NCBI RefSeq assembly: GCF_003334385.1
Contig: NZ_QOWN01000014.1
Reading direction: 5' to 3' (one strand)
DNA: 64,000 nt
DNA from: Escherichia coli
GTDB lineage: Bacteria > Pseudomonadota > Gammaproteobacteria > Enterobacterales > Enterobacteriaceae
Shown here: piece by piece, positions 11,795-23,044 of the stretch
Position numbering within the stretch: position 1 is the first letter of the stretch
Layout: each line of letters opens with the position of its first letter
Position numbers and translations under genes: made by a program
The notes under the pieces: model-generated
Databases searched by the model: none
What the model saw: only the letters and a program-made list of their open reading frames with translations
Told to the model about the DNA's origin: nothing

Positions 11795-11902
11795 TGGCCC
11801 CCTCACCCTAACCCTCTCTCCAGAGGGGCGAGGGGACCGATTGTGCTCGATATTGAATATTGCGCTCGTTTTCTCCCTCTCCCCATTGGGGTGAGGGGCG
11901 AT
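11795..11902. repeat. Two GC-rich imperfect palindromes, not REP-type, in the convergent phnP/yjdP spacer
   Basis: CCCCCTCACCCTAACCCTCTCTCCAGAGGGGCGAGGGGACC (about 11798-11839) and TTCTCCCTCTCCCCATTGGGGTGAGGGGCGA (about 11869-11900); arms CCCTC…/…GAGGG are self-complementary. Confidence 0.6.
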
Positions 11903-11921
11903 GCCTGCTCCATACCCAACC

Positions 11922-12251
11922 TCATCGCCCATACTCATCTTCCATTCTCCGCTCTTCATCCTCCAGTTGCCGACGCTCCTGATCAAGCTGGCGCTGGCGA
12001 TCGTCCAGCTGCCTGCGGCGATCTTCAAACTGGCGGCGGCGGTCGTCATATTGTCTGCGCCGATCGTCGCTCACTTCACGCTGCCAGCCGTCGTCGCGCG
12101 AATCTTCATAGTCTCGCCCACGGTCAGGGTTATAAGCGTCATTAATCGCCTGCTGAATATTGCCAATGGTGTCGTCGATAATATCGGCCTGGGCCGGAAC
12201 GGTGGACAGCGTGAGCAGGGTGAATAAAAGAAATAGCGGAAAGCGTTTCAT
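11922..12251 (-). CDS. yjdP: YjdP, small secreted highly charged low-complexity protein
   Basis: 109-aa ORF MKRFPLFLLFTLLTLSTVPAQA… followed by DDRRRQYDDRRRQFEDRRRQLDDRQRQLDQERRQLEDEERRMEDEYGR. Confidence 0.8.
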   Translation of the reverse strand: MKRFPLFLLFTLLTLSTVPAQADIIDDTIGNIQQAINDAYNPDRGRDYEDSRDDGWQREVSDDRRRQYDDRRRQFEDRRRQLDDRQRQLDQERRQLEDEERRMEDEYGR

Positions 12252-12319
12252 TAGCCAACCTCAAAAAGAAACTCTATCCACATTAATCATTACTCATCCA
12301 TGCAAGTAGTGGATGAATC

Positions 12320-12769
12320 TCAATTTCTCCGCTGCTCTATTGCCGTAATCGCCTCCACGCGTTGTTGATGACGACCGCCTTCGTACTGTGCGCCCAGCCA
12401 CGCATCCACAATCATTTTTGCCAGTTCGAGGCCAACCACTCGTGAACCAAAAGCCAGCACGTTGGTGTCGTTATGCTGCCGCGAAAGTTGCGCGGAATAA
12501 GGTTCGCTACAGACGACCGCGCGAATTCCGGCAAACTTGTTCGCCGCTATCGAAATACCGACGCCAGTACCACAAATCAAAATCCCGCCATCAACCTCTC
12601 CGCCAGCAACAGCCAGTGCGACTTGACTGGCGTAATGTGGATAATCAGTACGCTCTGACGACCAGGTTCCTTTATCAATCACTTCAACGCCACGCTCAAC
12701 TAAATGTGCCACTATTTCATGTTTTAAAATGAAACCGACATGATCACAGCCAAATGCAATCTTTTTCAT
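12320..12769 (-). CDS. rpiB: Ribose-5-phosphate isomerase B / allose-6-phosphate isomerase
   Basis: 149-aa ORF MKKIAFGCDHVGFILKHEIVAHLVERGVEVIDKG… (RpiB/LacAB family). Confidence 0.93.
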   Translation of the reverse strand: MKKIAFGCDHVGFILKHEIVAHLVERGVEVIDKGTWSSERTDYPHYASQVALAVAGGEVDGGILICGTGVGISIAANKFAGIRAVVCSEPYSAQLSRQHNDTNVLAFGSRVVGLELAKMIVDAWLGAQYEGGRHQQRVEAITAIEQRRN

Positions 12770-13127
12770 TCATCTTCCCCGTCCGTGCAAAACTTCACAA
12801 TCAAAAAACATTTGTGATGTTAATGAATTAAAAACACCCAAAATCGATGAATTACGCCTTCCTGATCTGTTTTACAGAGTTACATCTGACAGCGCAATAG
12901 CGTTAAAGACACTCACCATCCAGCAACATCTATCATCTAAAAAACCAGAAAAACAAATAACATCATGTTTTTAAACTAATTAAATGAAATAAAATTTTAA
13001 GCCACTCGCCATTGTTCACAATAAAATAAACTTTATAAATTTTATTTTTTTGTGAAGTCGCCAGCATCTTTTCTGTTCTTGCTGTGGTGATATAGTGGCG
13101 TCTTCAATTCAAGGACAAGAGAACGTG

Positions 13128-14018
13128 ATGAGCCAGTCAGAGTTTGATTCAGCGCTTCCGAACGGTATAGGGTTAGCGCCTTACCTGCGAATGAAGCAGG
13201 AAGGAATGACAGAAAATGAAAGCCGCATCGTGGAGTGGTTACTCAAACCCGGTAACCTGAGTTGTGCACCCGCAATTAAAGATGTCGCAGAAGCTCTGGC
13301 GGTATCTGAAGCGATGATAGTTAAGGTATCAAAGCTGCTGGGGTTTAGCGGCTTTCGTAACTTACGCAGTGCGCTGGAAGATTATTTTTCTCAGTCAGAA
13401 CAGGTATTGCCTTCCGAGTTGGCTTTTGATGAAGCGCCGCAGGATGTGGTGAATAAGGTATTTAACATCACTTTACGCACCATTATGGAAGGTCAGTCGA
13501 TCGTCAACGTTGATGAGATCCACCGTGCCGCCCGCTTTTTCTATCAGGCCAGACAGCGGGATTTGTACGGTGCCGGAGGATCAAATGCTATCTGTGCTGA
13601 TGTACAGCACAAGTTCTTGCGCATTGGCGTACGCTGTCAGGCCTATCCTGATGCTCACATCATGATGATGTCCGCTTCGTTGTTACAGGAAGGAGATGTT
13701 GTGCTGGTAGTGACCCATTCCGGGCGAACCAGTGATGTAAAAGCGGCCGTAGAACTGGCAAAAAAGAACGGGGCAAAGATTATTTGTATAACCCATAGCT
13801 ACCATTCACCGATAGCGAAACTGGCCGATTATATTATTTGCTCACCAGCCCCGGAAACGCCGTTATTAGGTCGTAATGCCTCGGCAAGAATATTACAACT
13901 AACTTTGCTGGACGCTTTTTTTGTCTCTGTCGCCCAGCTCAACATTGAACAAGCTAATATTAATATGCAAAAAACCGGCGCAATTGTTGATTTCTTCTCA
14001 CCAGGCGCGCTGAAATAA
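13128..14018 (+). CDS. rpiR: RpiR/AlsR transcriptional repressor (HTH + SIS domain)
   Basis: ORF MSQSEFDSALPNGIGLAPYLRMKQEGMTENESRIVEWLL…; ATG 13128 preferred over the upstream ORF-track start. Confidence 0.88.
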   Translation: MSQSEFDSALPNGIGLAPYLRMKQEGMTENESRIVEWLLKPGNLSCAPAIKDVAEALAVSEAMIVKVSKLLGFSGFRNLRSALEDYFSQSEQVLPSELAFDEAPQDVVNKVFNITLRTIMEGQSIVNVDEIHRAARFFYQARQRDLYGAGGSNAICADVQHKFLRIGVRCQAYPDAHIMMMSASLLQEGDVVLVVTHSGRTSDVKAAVELAKKNGAKIICITHSYHSPIAKLADYIICSPAPETPLLGRNASARILQLTLLDAFFVSVAQLNIEQANINMQKTGAIVDFFSPGALK

Positions 14019-14076
14019 GAAAAAGGTAATTCCGCCATCGCGGAGTTACCTGTCCCCTTACCGTGAGAACATTATT

Positions 14077-15012
14077 ATGAATAAATATCTGAAATATTTC
14101 AGCGGCACACTCGTGGGCTTAATGTTGTCAACCAGCGCTTTTGCTGCCGCCGAATATGCTGTCGTATTGAAAACCCTCTCCAACCCATTTTGGGTAGATA
14201 TGAAAAAAGGCATTGAAGATGAAGCAAAAACACTGGGCGTCAGCGTTGATATTTTTGCCTCTCCTTCAGAAGGCGATTTTCAATCTCAATTGCAGTTATT
14301 TGAAGATCTCAGTAATAAAAATTACAAAGGTATCGCCTTCGCTCCATTATCCTCAGTGAATCTGGTCATGCCTGTCGCCCGCGCATGGAAAAAAGGCATT
14401 TATCTGGTTAATCTCGATGAAAAAATCGACATGGATAATCTGAAAAAAGCTGGCGGCAATGTGGAAGCTTTTGTCACCACCGATAACGTTGCTGTCGGGG
14501 CGAAAGGCGCGTCGTTCATTATTGACAAATTGGGCGCTGAAGGTGGTGAAGTCGCAATCATTGAGGGTAAAGCCGGTAACGCCTCCGGTGAAGCGCGTCG
14601 TAATGGTGCCACCGAAGCCTTCAAAAAAGCAAGCCAGATCAAGCTTGTCGCCAGCCAGCCTGCCGACTGGGACCGCATTAAAGCACTGGATGTCGCCACT
14701 AACGTGTTGCAACGTAATCCGAATATTAAAGCGATCTATTGCGCGAATGACACGATGGCAATGGGTGTTGCTCAGGCAGTCGCAAACGCCGGAAAAACGG
14801 GAAAAGTGCTGGTCGTCGGTACAGATGGCATTCCGGAAGCCCGCAAAATGGTGGAAGCCGGACAAATGACCGCGACGGTTGCCCAGAACCCGGCGGATAT
14901 CGGCGCAACGGGTCTGAAGCTGATGGTTGACGCTGAGAAATCCGGCAAGGTTATCCCGCTGGATAAAGCACCGGAATTTAAACTGGTCGATTCAATCCTG
15001 GTCACTCAATAA
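14077..15012 (+). CDS. alsB: D-allose ABC transporter periplasmic binding protein AlsB
   Basis: 311-aa ORF with signal peptide (…STSAFA/AAEYAV), sugar-binding protein family. Confidence 0.93.
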   Translation: MNKYLKYFSGTLVGLMLSTSAFAAAEYAVVLKTLSNPFWVDMKKGIEDEAKTLGVSVDIFASPSEGDFQSQLQLFEDLSNKNYKGIAFAPLSSVNLVMPVARAWKKGIYLVNLDEKIDMDNLKKAGGNVEAFVTTDNVAVGAKGASFIIDKLGAEGGEVAIIEGKAGNASGEARRNGATEAFKKASQIKLVASQPADWDRIKALDVATNVLQRNPNIKAIYCANDTMAMGVAQAVANAGKTGKVLVVGTDGIPEARKMVEAGQMTATVAQNPADIGATGLKLMVDAEKSGKVIPLDKAPEFKLVDSILVTQ

Positions 15013-15020
15013 AACTGAAT

Positions 15021-15105
15021 GATGCCGGATGATGATGCTAATGAAGTGTCTTATCCGGCCAACAAAATAACCTGAACGTAGACCTGATAAATGTAGCCAT
15101 CAGGC
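15021..15105. repeat. REP-like palindromic units downstream of alsB
   Basis: GCCGGAT…ATCCGGCC and CCTGAT…ATCAGG inverted repeats directly after the alsB stop. Confidence 0.5.
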
Positions 15106-15138
15106 AATAATACGATATTTCGTGCAGAGAGGTTATTT

Positions 15139-16671
15139 ATGGCCACGCCATATATATCGATGGCGGGGATCGGCAAGTCCTTTGGTCCGGTTCACGCATT
15201 AAAGTCGGTTAATTTAACGGTTTATCCTGGTGAAATACATGCATTACTAGGAGAAAATGGCGCGGGTAAATCCACGCTAATGAAAGTTTTATCCGGAATA
15301 CATGAGCCGACCAAAGGCACCATTACCATTAATAACATTAGCTATAACAAGCTGGATCATAAATTAGCGGCACAACTCGGTATCGGGATTATTTATCAGG
15401 AACTCAGCGTTATTGATGAATTAACCGTACTGGAAAATTTATATATTGGTCGTCATCTGACGAAAAAAATCTGTGGCGTCAATATTATCGACTGGCGAGA
15501 AATGCGTGTCCGCGCCGCCATGATGTTATTACGCGTGGGCTTGAAAGTTGATCTAGATGAGAAAGTGGCGAATTTATCTATCAGCCACAAGCAGATGCTA
15601 GAAATTGCCAAAACGCTGATGCTCGATGCCAAAGTCATCATCATGGATGAACCCACCTCCTCACTCACCAATAAAGAGGTGGACTATCTGTTTCTGATCA
15701 TGAATCAGTTGCGTAAAGAGGGTACGGCCATCGTCTATATCTCGCATAAGTTGGCGGAAATTCGCCGTATTTGCGACCGCTATACGGTGATGAAAGACGG
15801 CAGCAGCGTTTGCAGCGGCATAGTAAGCGATGTGTCAAATGACGATATCGTCCGTCTGATGGTAGGCCGCGAACTGCAAAACCGTTTTAACGCGATGAAG
15901 GAGAATGTCAGCAACCTTGCGCACGAAACGGTTTTTGAGGTGCGGAACGTCACCAGTCGTGACAGAAAAAAGGTCCGGGATATCTCATTTAGCGTCTGCC
16001 GGGGAGAAATATTAGGCTTTGCCGGACTGGTCGGTTCCGGACGTACTGAACTGATGAATTGTCTGTTTGGCGTGGATAAACGCGCTGGCGGAGAAATCCG
16101 TCTTAATGGCAAAGATATCTCTCCACGTTCACCCCTGGATGCCGTGAAAAAAGGGATGGCTTACATCACTGAAAGCCGCCGGGATAACGGTTTTTTCCCC
16201 AACTTTTCCATCGCTCAGAACATGGCGATCAGCCGCAGTCTGAAAGACGGCGGCTATAAAGGCGCGATGGGCTTGTTTCATGAAGTTGACGAGCAACGTA
16301 CCGCTGAAAATCAACGCGAACTGCTGGCGCTGAAATGTCATTCGGTAAACCAGAATATCACCGAACTCTCCGGGGGAAATCAGCAGAAAGTCCTGATCTC
16401 CAAATGGCTGTGCTGTTGCCCGGAAGTGATTATTTTCGATGAACCTACCCGCGGCATCGACGTTGGCGCGAAAGCCGAAATTTACAAAGTGATGCGCCAA
16501 CTGGCGGACGACGGAAAAGTCATCCTGATGGTGTCATCTGAACTACCTGAAATTATCACCGTCTGCGACCGCATCGCCGTGTTCTGCGAAGGACGACTGA
16601 CGCAAATCCTGACGAATCGCGATGACATGAGCGAAGAGGAGATTATGGCATGGGCTTTACCACAAGAGTAA
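15139..16671 (+). CDS. alsA: D-allose ABC transporter ATP-binding protein AlsA (duplicated ABC domains)
   Basis: 510-aa ORF with two Walker A motifs (GENGAGKST, GLVGSGRTE). Confidence 0.93.
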   Translation: MATPYISMAGIGKSFGPVHALKSVNLTVYPGEIHALLGENGAGKSTLMKVLSGIHEPTKGTITINNISYNKLDHKLAAQLGIGIIYQELSVIDELTVLENLYIGRHLTKKICGVNIIDWREMRVRAAMMLLRVGLKVDLDEKVANLSISHKQMLEIAKTLMLDAKVIIMDEPTSSLTNKEVDYLFLIMNQLRKEGTAIVYISHKLAEIRRICDRYTVMKDGSSVCSGIVSDVSNDDIVRLMVGRELQNRFNAMKENVSNLAHETVFEVRNVTSRDRKKVRDISFSVCRGEILGFAGLVGSGRTELMNCLFGVDKRAGGEIRLNGKDISPRSPLDAVKKGMAYITESRRDNGFFPNFSIAQNMAISRSLKDGGYKGAMGLFHEVDEQRTAENQRELLALKCHSVNQNITELSGGNQQKVLISKWLCCCPEVIIFDEPTRGIDVGAKAEIYKVMRQLADDGKVILMVSSELPEIITVCDRIAVFCEGRLTQILTNRDDMSEEEIMAWALPQE

Positions 16672-17630
16672 AAAGCGAAGCGAGCGAGAAGAAACCGTTC
16701 AACTTTGCGCTGTTCTGGGATAAATACGGCACCTTTTTTATCCTGGCGATCATCGTCGCCATCTTTGGTTCGCTGTCACCAGAATATTTTCTGACCACCA
16801 ATAATATTACCCAGATTTTTGTTCAAAGCTCCGTGACGGTATTGATCGGCATGGGCGAGTTTTTCGCTATCCTGGTCGCTGGTATCGACCTCTCGGTTGG
16901 CGCGATTCTGGCGCTTTCCGGTATGGTGACCGCCAAACTGATGTTGGCAGGTGTTGACCCGTTTCTCGCAGCGATGATTGGCGGTGTACTGGTTGGCGGC
17001 GCACTGGGGGCGATCAACGGCTGCCTGGTCAACTGGACGGGGCTACACCCGTTCATCATCACCCTTGGCACCAACGCGATTTTCCGTGGGATCACGCTGG
17101 TGATCTCCGATGCCAACTCGGTATACGGCTTCTCATTTGACTTCGTGAACTTCTTTGCCGCCAGCGTAATTGGGATACCTGTCCCCGTTATCTTCTCACT
17201 AATTGTCGCGCTCATCCTTTGGTTTCTGACAACGCGTATGCGGCTCGGGCGCAACATCTACGCACTGGGCGGCAACAAAAATTCGGCGTTCTATTCCGGG
17301 ATTGACGTGAAATTCCACATCCTGGTGGTGTTTATCATCTCCGGTGTTTGTGCAGGTCTGGCAGGCGTCGTCTCAACTGCACGACTCGGTGCCGCAGAAC
17401 CGCTTGCCGGTATGGGTTTTGAAACCTATGCCATTGCCAGCGCCATCATTGGCGGCACCAGTTTCTTCGGCGGCAAGGGGCGCATTTTCTCTGTGGTGAT
17501 TGGCGGGTTGATCATCGGCACCATCAACAACGGTCTGAATATTTTGCAGGTACAAACCTATTACCAACTGGTGGTGATGGGCGGATTAATTATCGCGGCT
17601 GTCGCCCTTGACCGTCTTATCAGTAAGTAA
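16650..17630 (+). CDS. alsC: D-allose ABC transporter permease AlsC
   Basis: 326-aa polytopic membrane ORF; 22-nt overlap with the alsA 3' end. Confidence 0.92.
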   Translation: MGFTTRVKSEASEKKPFNFALFWDKYGTFFILAIIVAIFGSLSPEYFLTTNNITQIFVQSSVTVLIGMGEFFAILVAGIDLSVGAILALSGMVTAKLMLAGVDPFLAAMIGGVLVGGALGAINGCLVNWTGLHPFIITLGTNAIFRGITLVISDANSVYGFSFDFVNFFAASVIGIPVPVIFSLIVALILWFLTTRMRLGRNIYALGGNKNSAFYSGIDVKFHILVVFIISGVCAGLAGVVSTARLGAAEPLAGMGFETYAIASAIIGGTSFFGGKGRIFSVVIGGLIIGTINNGLNILQVQTYYQLVVMGGLIIAAVALDRLISK

Positions 17631-17640
17631 GGAATTGAAC

Positions 17641-19252
<1,612 letters not shown>

Positions 19253-19524
19253 GTAAAACGTTGGCACAGTAGCGCAATGTCCCGCTGTGCCAACGACAGG
19301 TACAATATATATAATAAACACATAAAACGACTCATATTATTTTCTGCAATGATAGTTTTACTGTAATTTTCCCTCTTCAGCACAAATGCCTAATAAAATG
19401 GCGCGTTCCGCTCACACTTCCACTTATTAAAGTCGCAATTTCCCAATTATGATAACGCCAGCTTTAAATGACGTATTTTGCATGGATTACATATTTACGA
19501 CATAAATGATAAATGGAGATTTAT

Positions 19525-21510
19525 ATGAATAACTCTCGGTTATTCCGTTTGAGCAGGATTGTTATTGCGTTAACTGCCGCCAGCGGCATGATGGTAAATA
19601 CCGCTAACGCGAAAGAGGAAGCGAAAGCCGCCACTCAATATACCCAACAGGTTAATCAGAATTACGCCAAATCATTACCGTTTAGCGATCGTCAGGATTT
19701 TGACGATGCCCAGCGTGGATTTATCGCCCCGCTGCTGGATGAAGGTATTCTGCGTGATGCGAACGGTAAAGTTTACTACCGCGCGGACGATTACAAATTT
19801 GATATTAATGCCGCAGCGCCGGAAACCGTAAACCCCAGCCTGTGGCGTCAGTCGCAAATCAACGGTATTTCTGGCCTGTTCAAAGTCACCGATAAAATGT
19901 ATCAGGTGCGCGGCCAGGATATCTCTAACATTACGTTCGTTGAGGGCGAGAAAGGCATTATTGTTATCGACCCGCTGGTGACGCCGCCTGCCGCAAAAGC
20001 CGCACTTGACCTTTACTTCCAGCATCGTCCGCAAAAACCGATTGTTGCCGTTATCTACACTCACAGCCACACCGACCACTATGGTGGCGTGAAAGGCATT
20101 ATCTCTGAAGCCGATGTTAAATCCGGCAAAGTTCAGGTGATTGCCCCTGCAGGCTTTATGGACGAAGCCATCAGCGAAAACGTGCTGGCGGGTAACATCA
20201 TGAGCCGCCGTGCGCTCTACTCTTACGGTCTGTTACTGCCGCACAACGCGCAAGGCAATGTGGGTAATGGCCTTGGCGTGACGCTGGCAACGGGCGACCC
20301 GAGCATTATTGCACCGACGAAAACTATCGTCAGAACTGGCGAGAAGATGATTATCGACGGCCTGGAGTTTGACTTCCTGATGACCCCAGGTAGCGAAGCG
20401 CCAGCCGAAATGCACTTCTATATTCCGGCCCTGAAAGCCCTGTGTACCGCCGAGAACGCCACGCATACCCTGCACAACTTCTACACTCTGCGCGGCGCGA
20501 AAACCCGCGACACCAGCAAGTGGACCGAGTATCTGAACGAAACGCTGGATATGTGGGGTAACGACGCGGAAGTGCTGTTTATGCCGCACACCTGGCCGGT
20601 CTGGGGCAATAAGCATATCAATGATTATATTGGTAAATACCGCGATACCATCAAGTACATTCACGACCAGACCCTGCACCTGGCGAACCAGGGCTACACC
20701 ATGAATGAAATCGGCGACATGATTAAGCTGCCGCCTGCACTTGCCAATAACTGGGCCAGCCGCGGCTATTACGGTTCTGTCAGCCACAACGCCCGCGCGG
20801 TGTATAACTTCTATCTTGGCTATTACGACGGTAACCCGGCTAACCTGCATCCGTATGGTCAGGTGGAGATGGGTAAACGTTACGTGCAGGCGCTGGGCGG
20901 TTCTGCCCGTGTCATCAACCTGGCGCAAGAAGCGAACAAGCAAGGTGATTACCGCTGGTCGGCAGAACTGCTGAAACAGGTGATTGCCGCCAACCCGGGT
21001 GACCAGGTCGCGAAGAATCTGCAAGCGAATAACTTTGAACAGCTGGGCTATCAGGCCGAGTCCGCCACATGGCGCGGTTTCTACCTGACCGGCGCGAAAG
21101 AGCTGCGCGAAGGGGTGCATAAGTTCAGCCACGGCACCACCGGTTCCCCGGACACCATTCGCGGGATGTCGGTCGAAATGCTGTTCGACTTTATGGCCGT
21201 TCGCCTCGATAGCGCGAAAGCTGCGGGTAAAAATATCAGCCTGAACTTCAATATGAGCAACGGCGATAACCTCAACCTGACGCTGAACGATAGCGTGCTT
21301 AACTACCGGAAAACGCTGCAACCGCAAGCCGACGCCTCTTTCTACATCAGCCGTGAAGATCTGCACGCCGTGCTGACCGGACAAGCCAAAATGGCGGATC
21401 TGGTAAAAGCGAAGAAAGCCAAAATTATTGGCAATGGCGCGAAACTGGAAGAAATTATCGCCTGTCTGGATAATTTCGATTTGTGGGTGAATATCGTAAC
21501 CCCAAATTAA
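19525..21510 (+). CDS. yjcS: YjcS, metallo-beta-lactamase-fold alkyl/aryl-sulfatase (SdsA1-like) with signal peptide
   Basis: [32 protein letters not shown]… with HSHTDHYGG metal-binding motif; GGAG Shine-Dalgarno precedes ATG 19525. Confidence 0.88.
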
Positions 21511-21518
21511 TGTCACTC

Positions 21519-21556
21519 GCTTTTGGGGGCGCTGAAGCCCCCAAAAGTATTTATTT
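21519..21556 (+). terminator. Rho-independent terminator after yjcS
   Basis: TTTTGGGGGC-gctgaa-GCCCCCAAAA hairpin followed by a T-rich tract. Confidence 0.75.
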
Positions 21557-21718
21557 TAAAAATATATACAGCCAATTAATAAATAAAATATATAAGTTAT
21601 GAATGCGGTGGCTGAATAAAGCTATTTTTATTCATCAAGAAAATAGCCATACTGACGCCTTCAATGGATATTGATATTCACTACAGATATTGTTCGCAGC
21701 AGACAGGATGTATTTAAT

Positions 21719-21994
21719 ATGCCAACAGTTCTCTCTCGCATGGCGATGCAACTCAAAAAAACAGCCTGGATAATTCCCGTCTTCATGGTTTCGGGATGCT
21801 CATTATCTCCGGCAATCCCGGTGATCGGCGCTTATTATCCCAGCTGGTTTTTCTGCGCCATTGCCAGCCTTATTTTGACGCTCATCACGAGGCGAGTTAT
21901 TCAGCGGGCAAATATCAATCTGGCATTTGTCGGAATTATTTATACCGCCCTTTTTGCTCTCTACGCCATGCTGTTCTGGCTGGCATTTTTCTAA
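21719..21994 (+). CDS. ytcA: YtcA, small lipoprotein encoded upstream of mdtN
   Basis: ORF MPTVLSRMAMQLKKTAWIIPVFMVSGCSLSP… with lipobox (VSGC). Confidence 0.75.
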   Translation: MPTVLSRMAMQLKKTAWIIPVFMVSGCSLSPAIPVIGAYYPSWFFCAIASLILTLITRRVIQRANINLAFVGIIYTALFALYAMLFWLAFF

Positions 21995-22012
21995 TCTATT
22001 TGAGACGCGCTC

Positions 22013-23044
22013 ATGGAAAGTACGCCGAAAAAAGCTCCTCGCAGTAAATTCCCTGCTCTGTTAGTGGTTGCGTTGGCGCTGGTTGCCCTTGTTTTCGTTA
22101 TCTGGCGCGTAGACAGTGCGCCATCAACTAATGACGCTTACGCGTCAGCAGATACCATTGATGTGGTACCGGAAGTCAGCGGCCGCATTGTAGAACTGGC
22201 GGTCACCGACAACCAGGCAGTCAAACAGGGCGATTTGCTGTTCCGCATCGACCCGCGCCCGTACGAAGCCAATCTGGCGAAAGCTGAAGCCTCCCTCGCG
22301 GCGCTGGATAAGCAAATTATGCTCACCCAGCGTAGCGTTGACGCGCAACAGTTTGGTGCCGACTCGGTTAATGCCACGGTAGAAAAAGCCCGTGCCGCCG
22401 CGAAACAGGCCACAGATACATTACGCCGCACCGAGCCATTACTGAAAGAAGGTTTTGTCTCAGCGGAAGATGTTGACCGTGCAAGAACGGCGCAGCGCGC
22501 CGCAGAAGCGGATCTTAATGCCGTATTGTTACAGGCGCAGTCAGCCGCCAGCGCCGTCAGCGGCGTGGATGCATTAGTTGCCCAGCGTGCGGCGGTCGAA
22601 GCGGATATTGCCCTGACCAAACTGCATCTGGAAATGGCGACCGTTCGCGCGCCGTTTGATGGCCGGGTCATTTCCCTCAAAACCTCCGTCGGGCAATTTG
22701 CTTCTGCCATGCGCCCTATTTTTACCCTAATCGACACTCGTCACTGGTATGTGATCGCCAACTTCCGCGAAACCGATCTGAAAAATATTCGCTCAGGTAC
22801 ACCCGCAACGATTCGCCTGATGAGTGACAGCGGCAAAACCTTCGAGGGTAAAGTGGATTCGATTGGCTACGGCGTGCTACCGGATGACGGCGGCCTGGTG
22901 CTGGGCGGCCTGCCGAAAGTGTCTCGTTCTATTAACTGGGTCCGCGTTGCCCAGCGTTTTCCGGTCAAAATCATGGTCGATAAACCTGACCCGGAAATGT
23001 TCCGCATCGGCGCTTCGGCAGTCGCTAATCTTGAGCCGCAATAA
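22013..23044 (+). CDS. mdtN: MdtN, membrane fusion protein (HlyD/EmrA family) of the MdtNOP efflux system
   Basis: 343-aa ORF with N-terminal TM anchor and coiled-coil region. Confidence 0.9.
   Translation: MESTPKKAPRSKFPALLVVALALVALVFVIWRVDSAPSTNDAYASADTIDVVPEVSGRIVELAVTDNQAVKQGDLLFRIDPRPYEANLAKAEASLAALDKQIMLTQRSVDAQQFGADSVNATVEKARAAAKQATDTLRRTEPLLKEGFVSAEDVDRARTAQRAAEADLNAVLLQAQSAASAVSGVDALVAQRAAVEADIALTKLHLEMATVRAPFDGRVISLKTSVGQFASAMRPIFTLIDTRHWYVIANFRETDLKNIRSGTPATIRLMSDSGKTFEGKVDSIGYGVLPDDGGLVLGGLPKVSRSINWVRVAQRFPVKIMVDKPDPEMFRIGASAVANLEPQ

Noticed and set aside
21796-22047. 83-aa ORF overlapping ytcA and the mdtN start in another frame
   Set aside because: It overlaps the better-supported lipoprotein ORF ytcA (signal peptide plus lipobox) and has no independent ribosome-binding site or features.
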